Part shown: positions 24,893 to 36,525 of the stretch, one piece after another | Layout: each line of letters starts with the position of its first letter | Position numbering within the stretch: position 1 is the first letter of the stretch | Origin: Oopsacas minuta | Taxonomy: Eukaryota > Animalia > Porifera | Direction: 5' to 3' | DNA: 64,000 bases | NCBI GenBank assembly: GCA_024704765.1 | Contig: JAKMXF010000210.1 | Coordinates: 248,001 to 312,000 of the forward strand | The notes under the pieces: generated by a model | The model's input: the letters and a program-made list of their open reading frames with translations, nothing else | Databases searched by the model: none | What the model was told of the DNA's origin: nothing | Translations under genes and position numbers: made by a program

Positions 24893-25933
24893 TTATAATT
24901 CTGTACATATAAACCGTCTCAATATTAAAGAAGATCCTCTAAACCAAATACCAGTATTATACAAGTGTTTGAAACAAGCTAGTGAGGATTTGAATACTGG
25001 TAGCTGAGGGATTTCTAAGTTAAGTCTTGCAGTGCTTTTATTAGCTGACATTATGCCACTCACTAGATAGGCAGGATATGTGAGATATGAAACAACAAAA
25101 CTTGATAAGTAATAAAATAGACAATTCAGTAACTTAACTTCATTATGTGTTATCAGCCTGTATATTTCAAGGATAAATTCCATGCACCAAATCGTAGTAA
25201 TTTGACCTAACAACAATGGTATTACACCAGAATAAATTCCTCCAATACCTGCTTCCTGCCATACTTGACGGAATATATTCCACATCCAAACACTAGGTTC
25301 TCCTTTTATACATCTGAGAATACAATTATTTTCCACTACAATAATAGGATACGTATAGAACAAAGTTACGCTGCTTATAATTGTCTTCTGTATGCAAACT
25401 ACCATAATCTTCTTCATATTGAAAAATGGGTAGTTATCATTTTGCATGTGGTAGCCAAATTTCTTGCATAGAAAGTTTTCAATAGGATGAGCTAATTGCA
25501 TTTCAATAATTTCTTCTATTAACTTTATAGTTAAGCCTGGACCGACACCAGCTAATACACAACTCCACCCAAATTTCTGTACGAGTCCTTTTGAGTATCC
25601 ATATATACCCGGGAGATAAACACAGGATACCTTAGGGCGACCCATCAAATAATCCGTGATACTTCTAGTAGCAACTGTGTATGGACTAACAGGCTCGTAG
25701 CCGTATTGAACTAGGAAACTTGAAACTTTTCCTATATTAAAGAGCAGAATTTGCAAAAAAGATGAGACTTTAAACTGTTTAGGTGGTTGTGGTAGATCAG
25801 GGTCTGACCCTCCGTTCAGTTGGAGTAGAGGAAGACATATTGTACTAGAAAATCGTATCTCAGTCTTAAACTGTGGAGAGAGCGAAACACCCCATATGGA
25901 TCTGGAATTGAGAGAAGATGTAGAGAAGTACAT
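24893..25933 (-). CDS. MTCH2: Mitochondrial carrier homolog, copy B (tandem paralogue), single exon
   Basis: Same motifs (LVQYGYEPV, YLPGIYGY, GIGGIYSG, WFRGSSLILRR), collinear with copy A. Confidence 0.83.
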   Translation of the reverse strand: MYFSTSSLNSRSIWGVSLSPQFKTEIRFSSTICLPLLQLNGGSDPDLPQPPKQFKVSSFLQILLFNIGKVSSFLVQYGYEPVSPYTVATRSITDYLMGRPKVSCVYLPGIYGYSKGLVQKFGWSCVLAGVGPGLTIKLIEEIIEMQLAHPIENFLCKKFGYHMQNDNYPFFNMKKIMVVCIQKTIISSVTLFYTYPIIVVENNCILRCIKGEPSVWMWNIFRQVWQEAGIGGIYSGVIPLLLGQITTIWCMEFILEIYRLITHNEVKLLNCLFYYLSSFVVSYLTYPAYLVSGIMSANKSTARLNLEIPQLPVFKSSLACFKHLYNTGIWFRGSSLILRRFICTEL

Positions 25934-26117
25934 TATAATCCTCTAATAACAAGTGAATAGTTAAACAGAGCATTATGCAAATTCTATCACGTAATATAAT
26001 TCAATAGCTATTCCACTCTAGTATGATTATTTTAACCTCAAATTAACAAATAATACACACTAATTCTATATACATTACATTTGTACACCTATCGAGGGTA
26101 ATCTGAGAATAAAATGC

Positions 26118-26876
<759 letters not shown>

Positions 26877-27319
26877 ATTGAAACACAATCTAAGCAAAAA
26901 ATCAGCGAACAAATAAAATCTGCATTCATAATAAAATAGTATATTCTATGAAAGTAGTTAAAAGATACTGAGGAACGCATTTAAAATTACAAATTACATA
27001 AGCAGCTAATATTATGGCAATATATGAAAAATAATTTCCTGAAGGAAATTGATCAAGTCAAAATCTGGTGTTATAAGTGATGTATCTGCTTTTCCGTTAC
27101 GAAAGCCACATCTCAATTATGAAAACCCAATACATAAAATAACAGAATTCAGCTGGTAGAGATGTATCATAAGAAATACGAAAGTAATAAAATAATAAAA
27201 ATGATATTGCAAGTATAATCAGTACTTGACTAGGCCTGAATGGTAATTACATACCAATTAACCTTACAAGATGTGCTAGTATTGTCGAGTAAAAATAAGC
27301 GTACAGGTAAAATTGTTAA

Positions 27320-30300
27320 TTAAACAAGATTCATACTTGCTCTCTTCCTCTTCATGAGTTCAGCTTTCTGTACATACTCCCTAAAACCCAGCTGATCACT
27401 CTGTGAATAGTAGATGAGTGCTTTAGCGAAATAGTATACAGGATGTTCTGCATATATTTCCATTGCCATATCTACAGTGATGAGAGCTTCATCAGTGAAT
27501 CCAGACAACAAGAGATAGTTAGTGAGTATCATTAGAGGAATATCTCTATACTTAGCTGGTGCATAGTATAAAGCCAGGCGGATACACTCAATTGATTTAA
27601 GACTTCGACCTTGAGATAACCAATATTGTGCAGTGAGATGAGCTGCTACCCAATTTGTTTTATCTCTCTTAAGCGTTTGAGATAGACCGTAAGGCAGTAT
27701 TAGAGGCCATGGCTGAATATCAATCAGTTCTTTGTGGAATTCCCCAAGCAAAAGATTCAAAACGTTTGGTACATCTGGTAAATGTATTCTCCTTCTCAAA
27801 CTAACTCCTTCTAAGTGGTCTAGCGTAAGGAGACCTGGAGGGACAGATTTACACTTAGGTAATCGTATCTCATCGCTAAGAGACAGATCCAAATTAATAT
27901 TATCTCTTATTTTAACATTTCTATCATTGAGCTGAATAAAGAAGTAAGGAATCTCTTTGAGAGTTGTTAGTTTATCCAAAGCTGTGTTACTATACTTCCT
28001 AAAGTCATAGAAATTGGGTTCACTCTCTTTAGATGAGTTATAAGGTAGAGAATTGGTTAGTTTCTCGTATAGATCTTCTAATCTCACCATTTCCTGCATC
28101 TGATCTTCCATCATATCGTGATCCATTAATCCGCGAGTGTAGAGCGAATTTAGTTTATCTTTTCGCAACTGAAGCGCGCTAGTAACTTCCTCAGGGGACC
28201 TGGGCTCCTCCTTCGGTCCGGACATGACATAATCCTGTTTCTTTTGTGAGTTAAACTTCGGTCCTTCACCCTTTAACCATCTCTGCTCTTCTTCCAATCT
28301 CTTCTGATGTTCTACTAAAACACGTTGTTGTTTTTCTAATCGTATCTTTTCCTGATCGAACTTAAGATAGCATCTAATTACTCTCAATGTAGCAACTGCC
28401 TCAGGGAATAAATTCTGTAGACGGAGTGCATATCTAAGATGTAGCGAGCTAGCAGCTAGATTGCCTTGTGAGCTGAGTATCTTAGCTAGCGTATAGTGAG
28501 CTATTGGTTCCTCCTTGTCATAGTCTATTGCCATCTTAGCTGTAATTAATGCGTCATCAATGAAGTTATTTCTATGTAGAATATTAGCCATCCCGATAAA
28601 AGCGACACTTTTCGCGTTTATAGGTGCGTAATGAGCCACACGACGATAACATTCCATGCTGTGATAAGGGTTACCAACTACTCGCCAATAGATACCAGAA
28701 AGCGCGAGTAGACCCCATTCAGGACCAAATTTCTTCATAGCATCGAATAGCTTCGTACCAGCTTCAGAAACATCCATACTTAATTCTTTATGTTTTTGTT
28801 CTATGGACTGGAATAGAGCATGTTTAAGACCTTGCTCAGGAACTAGCTCTGGATAGGAGTGTCTATACATGATGCCGGGGAGATGATCCATAGCGAATGG
28901 TGTAGATGGTAGGTCCACGATTAGTTGACATAATGGCGCGTGGGTTTCACTCACGAATGGAACATGTCTGAAGTAGCTACGGAAGTTAACACCTCGAGTT
29001 TGTGCGGGGATGTGCGTGCTGGGGTAGCGCTCCCAGCTGGAGAGGGTTTGCAGTACCCCTGTGCACTCCTTCTTTCCTGGCCAATAGGGATCATCATATT
29101 TAGGGAGGGGACCCATACCAATCGGCTTTGGGAACATTTCCTTCTCGATGAGCTCTGGAATAGGATTGTAGGGTGGGAACTCCACACTATCTAGCTCTTC
29201 ATTCTCTTCATCAATCTCTGCTGCGTTAGATATTATATGAGAAGTCTCAGTGACCTGATCAGCTGGATAGAAGTAATGCTCTGTGTATAGAGATTCTATA
29301 GATTGTACTACAGGGTTCTCTTGTGGATCTGACATGAATATATCTTTATCTCCCTTAATATATGTATTGTCTAAACTAGCAGATGATTTAGCTGAGTTCT
29401 TTTTGAGGTTATGATTTATTTGGTTAGTGAGAGGTGTATTTGGGTCATCATTTGTCCTCAGTATTATAACAGGTTTGGAGGTATGACCGTGTGTTGTTGT
29501 ATTAGATTTGTTTATATTGTTAGAGCTCAATACTGTAGTGTTTACAGGAATAGCTGTTAAATTTGTTAGAGTTGGGTTTGTAGATAAACTTGTATTATCA
29601 AGGTTAAGGGAGAGTTCAGTTAAAAAGGTTTCCACGAATTCCAATCCATCGAAAATATCAAGAGCATCCAATAAATCATCCTCGAACTCAAGAGAGAATT
29701 CCAGCTCTTGGATGTAGCGGATAGCTAGCTGTACCGGGGAATCTTCAGGTCTCTCTGAGGGGTACACCCATTCTCTGTCTATATCTTGTTTTAGAGAAGT
29801 ATAAGTTTCTAGATCAACTTTAGCTTGTTCGAGTGATTGTGAGAATATTGAATGAATCTTAGCATTGCATTGGGCAGCTTCTGATCTCCTCTTAGCAATC
29901 TCAAAAGATTGATCTTGTGAATGAGAACGATTAAAACAGATAGCAGCCCGTTGATACAATCCTAACACACTGAATACATTTCCTAGAGTTAAGAGACTCA
30001 TAGGACTATTTTGATTATGTTCTATAGAGCTTATCATAACGACAGCAGCATCCTGAGAACGACTTCCTCTATGTAAAACATTAGCTAGGTTAACTAGTAC
30101 TATTTCTTGATGCTCCGCTGGGGAATAGTGTAGTGCCATTCTAGAACATTCTATTGCATACAGGGGAACGCCTTTCAGCCTCCAGTAGAGGTTAGCAAGG
30201 TTTAATAAGACCCAGGAGGTGTGATTTTTCGCGAGAGCTGTAGCAATTGAGTGTCCGAATTCTTCTAACTTGTCTCGGAAAGGGATGGAGTTACGAAGAG

Positions 30301-30862
30301 TAGGTTCTGGTGAACCGGGAAGAGAGGACCGGTTTTCCACACCTGGAAGGTTATCGAAAATAATGAATGATAAAGTTAGGGGGGCAGGGAGAGCGCAAAT
30401 CGGTTCCAGGAGCTGGGTGCCCTGGGGTACTGCTAAATCTAAGAAATCTGAAAAAATGATTCCTTTCTGTTCAAGAGATACAACTGTTGAGAGGAAGAGA
30501 TCAAATTCATGAATGTTACCAGACGCACCACAGTCTAAGTCATCTCTATCGTCAAAGAAAGATGGACCTGTTGTCAAAAAATGCTCTAAATGTCTAACTT
30601 TATCAACCTGCTTAACTAATAAATCTTCTAACCATATTAAAGTATCAACTCTCTTCTCTTGATTAAGAAATGCAACAAGATCAAATGGCCTCTTAAGAGG
30701 AATAAAAGTTCCTGGGTCTCCAATAAACTTCTGTTCTATCTTACCCTGTTGGGTAACAATCCAATGGGAATCCAAGCAATAGCATATAGTTGGTAGACAC
30801 ACAATACATAGTATCAAACAATACAATGAAAAATAAAACCTGTTATGTATGTAGTATAGCAT
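27320..30862 (-). CDS. TTC17: Tetratricopeptide repeat protein 17, single exon
   Basis: Signal peptide, HWIVTQQGKIEQK...LKRPFDLVAFLNQE, three TPR clusters each starting with a W(V/G)xxxxxxxYW motif (e.g. SWVLLNLANLYWRLKG). Confidence 0.9.
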   Translation of the reverse strand: MLYYIHNRFYFSLYCLILCIVCLPTICYCLDSHWIVTQQGKIEQKFIGDPGTFIPLKRPFDLVAFLNQEKRVDTLIWLEDLLVKQVDKVRHLEHFLTTGPSFFDDRDDLDCGASGNIHEFDLFLSTVVSLEQKGIIFSDFLDLAVPQGTQLLEPICALPAPLTLSFIIFDNLPGVENRSSLPGSPEPTLRNSIPFRDKLEEFGHSIATALAKNHTSWVLLNLANLYWRLKGVPLYAIECSRMALHYSPAEHQEIVLVNLANVLHRGSRSQDAAVVMISSIEHNQNSPMSLLTLGNVFSVLGLYQRAAICFNRSHSQDQSFEIAKRRSEAAQCNAKIHSIFSQSLEQAKVDLETYTSLKQDIDREWVYPSERPEDSPVQLAIRYIQELEFSLEFEDDLLDALDIFDGLEFVETFLTELSLNLDNTSLSTNPTLTNLTAIPVNTTVLSSNNINKSNTTTHGHTSKPVIILRTNDDPNTPLTNQINHNLKKNSAKSSASLDNTYIKGDKDIFMSDPQENPVVQSIESLYTEHYFYPADQVTETSHIISNAAEIDEENEELDSVEFPPYNPIPELIEKEMFPKPIGMGPLPKYDDPYWPGKKECTGVLQTLSSWERYPSTHIPAQTRGVNFRSYFRHVPFVSETHAPLCQLIVDLPSTPFAMDHLPGIMYRHSYPELVPEQGLKHALFQSIEQKHKELSMDVSEAGTKLFDAMKKFGPEWGLLALSGIYWRVVGNPYHSMECYRRVAHYAPINAKSVAFIGMANILHRNNFIDDALITAKMAIDYDKEEPIAHYTLAKILSSQGNLAASSLHLRYALRLQNLFPEAVATLRVIRCYLKFDQEKIRLEKQQRVLVEHQKRLEEEQRWLKGEGPKFNSQKKQDYVMSGPKEEPRSPEEVTSALQLRKDKLNSLYTRGLMDHDMMEDQMQEMVRLEDLYEKLTNSLPYNSSKESEPNFYDFRKYSNTALDKLTTLKEIPYFFIQLNDRNVKIRDNINLDLSLSDEIRLPKCKSVPPGLLTLDHLEGVSLRRRIHLPDVPNVLNLLLGEFHKELIDIQPWPLILPYGLSQTLKRDKTNWVAAHLTAQYWLSQGRSLKSIECIRLALYYAPAKYRDIPLMILTNYLLLSGFTDEALITVDMAMEIYAEHPVYYFAKALIYYSQSDQLGFREYVQKAELMKRKRASMNLV

Positions 30863-31202
30863 GTTGTGTCTGTTGTAATTGCTACATTCAGTCTGAGATT
30901 ATGAGAAATAATAAATAAGGCAAAAATCATTTCAAGTCTATACTAGTAGTAACAATGAATTATATTTGGAAATTTTCTTGTAGGTTCGTTATGTATCTAT
31001 TGTCGAACGAGCTGAATAAATTATGTATTTCCCATATCAACATCGAATTTTGAAAGTTACTCAGGTTTAACCAACATTCGGTATAGGGTGGTACCTGTTA
31101 CGGGAATATTATACCAATGATATGAATGTAAAACCACAGACTATTTAAAATATCCTCCAAATACAAATATAATAACAAACACATCCTTACTACAGACAAC
31201 CT

Positions 31203-32556
31203 TCAAATTCGTAACCTTCCACCTTGTAATGAAGCAATTCTAAACGCATCTACACTCTCTCTAATAAACATACGGATTCGGTGTACAAGTTCCTCACCAG
31301 ACCAGCGAGGAGAATACGGATAATTATCATATATTTTATGGAACGGTGTGCACATACTCAGGAAATGGTAGACCGATTGAAATGTGAGAGTAGGCTTAGT
31401 CTCTGGAAATTTGTGAGAATTAGTTACGTGTACCAAGAAGCAGAATCCTCTGTCTTCCATCAACAGTACCATACGCATGAATTGTACGTCATCAAACTCT
31501 AATACTGAGTTGCTCATAGACTACAATAATACATTAATAATAAGCTAGTATCAAACAAGGAATAACTTAAATATCATACTTTTAATATTGAGTTTGTAAA
31601 TTCTTTCCTTTTATGAAATGAGTTTGATACGAAGCCTACAACTTGGACAAGTCTCTCTCTAGCTCTCGGAAGATAATCTATAATAAGATTACCCCATCCT
31701 GCCCCCCAGGGCTCTAAGGACAGATTGACTTCAGTAGATTTAGTGAGTGCTCGTTCCAATGTGCTAGACATGATTAGTTTAGGTTGTACCTAGCAATTGA
31801 ATGTATAATCCAATCATAAATAGTATTATTATAGAGAATTACATGTGTGTAAGTTGGAGGTTTGAATATCAGCAAGAGACTGGGTGGAGTTATATCGTCC
31901 TCAGGATTTACAAGAGTTGGAGGAAGACGTTTAAAATCAACTTCTAGAGGTAATTCCAGATAGAAATAAGGTCTCCCGTGCATGGCATCCCCTCCTCCCG
32001 CTTGCGAACGTGATGGAACATCTTTAGCAAGAACAGAGAAGTGGGTTATCCCAGATTCCTTCATCATGTTTAACTCTAGCCCTACTCTATCTTGTTTCAC
32101 TGCTTTTTCGTAGTTGAATTGTCTAAAAATTATCAATAATACTTATGAAATATCAGAATATTCCCTTTTATACCTGTAGAGTTCAAATAATTCCTGTAGC
32201 ACCAATAGTAGTGAATCGACATTAGTGAGTGAGTATATCTCCAATCTCTTAAGAGATCTTATATCAGGAATAAAATCATCTCCAAATGTAAAGTCTGGAG
32301 GCATATCTAGCTGAGTATGGTCAAATATCAGTTCCCAAGATACACAGCTCTGACAGAGAGGGAGTGAGAGAGTAACTCTGTCACAATTCTGTTCCGTTTC
32401 AACCCCTGATCGACTGGAGTTAACATTAAGAACCGAAATTGATTTGCTATGGAATAAGGGAATGATGTAATTGCTATGATCCATACAGTAGAATATCTGT
32501 GGAACAAGTTGAGGACATAGCATCTTCTCTAACTCAGCTCGCGAAATCTCACACAT
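31203..32556 (-). CDS. BABAM2: BRISC/BRCA1-A complex member 2 (BRE/BRCC45), 4 exons
   Basis: NCDRVTLSLP...WELIFD...PPDFTFG and PTLTFQSVYHF...NYPYSPRW. Exons 32174-32556, 31843-32122, 31580-31789, 31203-31520 give 397 codons. Confidence 0.93.
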
Positions 32557-32663
32557 TCTCCTTTCTAATCAGTTTGAACAAATACTATAAATCATAATCA
32601 CATGCTAATCTAAAATAATCACATAAATATTAGACATCTGTAATAAGTATAATGTCTCTTAGC

Positions 32664-33881
32664 TCATAGAAAATTTCTTAGAACATCTTGAGTACCTACA
32701 ATCATTCCTATTACGCCAAATACTATAAGTCCGATTGATTTTATAACAGATAGCATACCATTACCTTTGCCTATGATAGCAAGGTAGAATAGCCCTGGAA
32801 ATATAAAGTTCAACATTGTGCATAATGTAGCTCCCACCAACTCCATAAGAGTTGAGAACTGAGGGATTAGAATGATTATGCAGCCTGTCAATACTACTAG
32901 AAGTGTGCGTATGAGAATATTCATTGAACCAAACTGTTCTGTTAAATTCAATCTTCTGTCTAGGATAATTGATACAGGAAACATCATGACAGGATATGTG
33001 AATAGTAGACTAACTGAAAGGAATAGTTTTACTTTTGTCGGTATTAAACCTTCTAGATTGCTAGTAATTATCTCTTCTGTCAATTCACCATAGGCTAAAT
33101 ATCCACAAGCACCAAATACTATGTAGATAATAGTTATTATAGCCATACTGGTGATGAAAATTGGGCGAAAATGGTGACGTATTGATTTGTGTGGCGAGCT
33201 TTCTAACGAGAAAATAAGTCCAGCTCCTTCATAGCAATATATAGAGACAGAGAAAAAGAATGGGAATGATGTGAGGTTAAACATTGTTTGGTGATTGTTA
33301 GAAGGTTCATTATATAAGAGATGATCAACTTCACTAGCTAATACAATCGTGTAAGCAGTCAGAGTAATTAAATTAGCAAATATACTGAATAAGCCGAGGG
33401 AGTTCAGATTTTGGATAGAGACTAGGAAAAATAATGGGATGAGGATAATCACGAGATAGCATAACTTTGGAAATTGAGGAAAGTATTCACCGATAGCTTC
33501 TGTTATGAAGATTAGATATGCACAACAGAATCCAACTTGAGATAATACAATAGCTACCTCTACCATAAGGAGACCAATTGAACCGAATGCATACTGTCCA
33601 ACCTCTCTGAACTCTAGCTCCACATGGTCATGTGTCTCCTCTACATCAGGATTTTTATCAGAATTCTTCGATGGAATAAGAGCGTTTTTAATGTCTAGCA
33701 ATGTCAGCATTCCCACAACAGATATGAAGCATACTATAACAAGAATGATGGAACCATGGAGGAGACCTGCATGTCTAAACGCGTACGGTAAACCAAGGAT
33801 ACCTGCCCCCATGAAAGAGATGAAGATGTTGCCTAATAGTTTGATGTAGTGTTTGAAGCTCATTTCATAAATTCCATTCAT
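32664..33881 (-). CDS. Amino-acid transporter, SLC36/AVT3 (Aa_trans) family, single exon
   Basis: GNIFISFMGAGILGLPYAF, SQVGFCCAYLIFI, YCYEGAGLIFSLE, FGACGYLAYG, FTYPVMMFP; many hydrophobic transmembrane segments. Confidence 0.88.
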   Translation of the reverse strand: MNGIYEMSFKHYIKLLGNIFISFMGAGILGLPYAFRHAGLLHGSIILVIVCFISVVGMLTLLDIKNALIPSKNSDKNPDVEETHDHVELEFREVGQYAFGSIGLLMVEVAIVLSQVGFCCAYLIFITEAIGEYFPQFPKLCYLVIILIPLFFLVSIQNLNSLGLFSIFANLITLTAYTIVLASEVDHLLYNEPSNNHQTMFNLTSFPFFFSVSIYCYEGAGLIFSLESSPHKSIRHHFRPIFITSMAIITIIYIVFGACGYLAYGELTEEIITSNLEGLIPTKVKLFLSVSLLFTYPVMMFPVSIILDRRLNLTEQFGSMNILIRTLLVVLTGCIIILIPQFSTLMELVGATLCTMLNFIFPGLFYLAIIGKGNGMLSVIKSIGLIVFGVIGMIVGTQDVLRNFL

Positions 33882-33936
33882 AATTATAACGTGAAATAAG
33901 ATAGTTAGCTAGCATGTTAACAATAATAAATAGCCA

Positions 33937-34059
33937 CAGTCAACTCTCGTCATATCGAATTCTGTAATTGTATAAATATGACCCCCAAACCGTCAAAGTA
34001 ACATAATTTACATCGGCTATATCTAAGTATATATTTCAATATAACGGGCGTTGACTGTA
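33937..34059. mobile_element. 121-bp pogo/Tc1-type MITE between the GPATCH1 stop and the SLC36 start
   Basis: Terminal inverted repeats CAGTCAACTCTCGTCATATCGAA and (reverse complement of right end) CAGTCAACGCCCGTTATATTGAA match at 19/23. TA on the right, CA (mutated TA) on the left. Confidence 0.78.
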
Positions 34060-34131
34060 TTTAAATTATTGACTTTCCGTTGGATTGTATGAAATTTACC
34101 CAATTAGGAGGCAATTATTATATTTAAAAAT

Positions 34132-36282
34132 CTATTTACGTCTATGACTGTTTGAACTCGAATAATGATGATACCTTTTGTCGTGATGTGAAGAGGAATG
34201 TCGTGAGGAATAATTGCGATCTTTGTCACGTTCTTTCCGTTTGAATCTATTCTGATCTTTATGGTTAGATTTATCTTCATCACTCTCATCTTGGGGAACA
34301 GCTGGAGCAAACATTTCAGGGAGATCAGTTCCAAAAACTTTCTCTAAACTGAATTTAGGAAGTTTGTCTCCTTCTATTTCCTCTGCTTCTACAAATTTGG
34401 ATTTTCTTTTTCTCTTCTTCTCTTCGATATTTCTTTTCCTTTCAATTTCCTTAGAAGCCATCTGAGCTAGTGCTTGTAGTGAGTTCAGAGATTCATTATG
34501 ATTGTGAGATCTGTCCTCTACTGCAATTTTTGGTGTTCCCTCTTCCACTGGTTTAGTCTCCAGGTCCTCTGTCTCTTCTCCTTCAGACTCACAGGAAGAT
34601 TCACCCCCGAATACACTCGTGAATAGATCGATAGGTGGTCTCTGGTCGCTACTGGGGAGATGGTCAGAACTAGTAGGACACCAGGGTACAGCCTCTTCTG
34701 TATCAGCTAATGATTCCTTGGTTTCAGCTGATTCAGATGCTCCACCCATTGAAAGCATGAGACTACTGAAAGTGAGTTTCTCAGGTCTGAAGGGCACCCC
34801 CACTAGACCTGAAGAAGGATATGGATCTGGTATGTCAAATCGCTTACATAGAATTCTATGAGGATGCCATTCTAACTTCTCTTTATTCTTCTGAGGTGTT
34901 TTAACTTCTTGTTTGAGAGTGTTCAGTCCAGGAACTGTAGTAGTTTGAACTTCTGTAACAGAGTCAGGTATTTGTGCAGGTACAAATCTACTGCTTAGAG
35001 ATTGGATGAGAGGATTGAATTTTAGTTTTGAAGAATCATATTGCAACTTAGGCTGAGTACTCTGTCCGCTTAACAGTTTACCTCTAGCAGCAGCACTCTG
35101 CTCTGTGTAAGGCTGTATCTTTGTATTTTTAGCTGTATTAGATAGACTAGCTGTAGGAGTATAGTTGGGAGGTATTTTCACTTTACATGGTGGGATTATA
35201 CAGTATAGATTTCCGATCTGTTCAAAACTAGCTAGACGTAGCCCTTCACCTCCTCCAGACCATCCGAATGTATTATCCTCATCATCACTGGTAGCTTCTT
35301 GTCTATACCATTCTGTTATATTAGAGCTAGTATCTAACTCATCTACGTCATAAGGGTTATTAAGTGTACCTCCGAATAGAGAGGTTATTCTCTCATTCTC
35401 TGTATTCGAGGGAAATGGTGTGTTTAATTGGTATTTATTAATAGTGCTGCTGGGAGCCCGCATTCCTGTGTAGCCAAGTCCCATTTTATCTTCTTTTATA
35501 GATATAGCCGATCCTTTAAAATCCTGTGGTGTAGCGAAATACTCTCTTGGAGTAGTTATCGGGTCTTTAACTATTTCTTCCTCTATGATTTCTCCTTCAC
35601 TCTCGCTCCCACTATTCGCTACAATAATTTGTTTGTCTTTATCAATACCAGTTGTGTCATCTATGGTTACTTCTGGGAGGCTCTTGCGGATAACAGGACC
35701 TACCCCTTGTCCTTCACTCCATCCCATTGTACGCATTAGGTCAAATCCAATACTTGAGGTATTACTGAATGATAATAATGAAGTTTTCTCCAGAAGAGAT
35801 GTAGTGAGATCATCTCTGACGGCGCTAAACAGTTATAACAATAAAAAATGATATCTAGAAATATTACAGATATTCATTACCTTGTCCTCTTGTTGTTATT
35901 AAGACTATAGCTCTCTGTAGGTGTAAAATTCTTTGGAGCTATACCTTGATCTGAGAAGTCTTCATCATCCATATAATCTTCTGGTTGTTGTCTGACATTA
36001 TCAGATCTCTGCTCTCTTGTAGAGAAATACTGTGAGGGAGTCCAGCCTTCCTTAGTGGAAACTGTGTTGTAATAACCAGAGGAAAATCCACCAGTAAATG
36101 CACCATGAAATCTAATTGGAAATTGGTAATATACATTTTCTAAAATTCTATAAATACGGTGCATGCCTGATGAGTTTGCCTGTTTTTGGATCAATAGCTT
36201 TATCTTTCAATCCAGCAGCCTTTCTCCCTCGTGTTACAAGAGAATCCTCTCCTGTTTCTAACGGGACTCCATAGTAGCTCAT
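34132..36282 (-). CDS. GPATCH1: G-patch domain-containing protein 1 (spliceosome-associated), 3 exons
   Basis: FHGAFTGGFSSGYYNTVSTKEGWTPS, EDYMDDED, G-patch IGFDLMRTMGWSEGQGVG, EWHPHRILCKRFDIPDPY. Exons 36167-36282, 35881-36111, 34132-35824 give 680 codons. Confidence 0.93.
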
Positions 36283-36525
36283 CACAACAGTTATACCACA
36301 ATCTGGCTACATAGCTATACACAAAATTGATTGGTCAATAGTGTTCAGACTTGTACGTAATAATTACGTGTATGTAAATGGTGAAATGGCAACACATAAT
36401 ATTAATATATAGATTTTATTGGGTACACAGCATAAAGATATAAAAATTGTGTGAGTAAATATAAAATATTAAAAAGTAACCTAAATGTATTAAAAAGGTT
36501 TATAAACAAAGAAAATCTAAATTGA

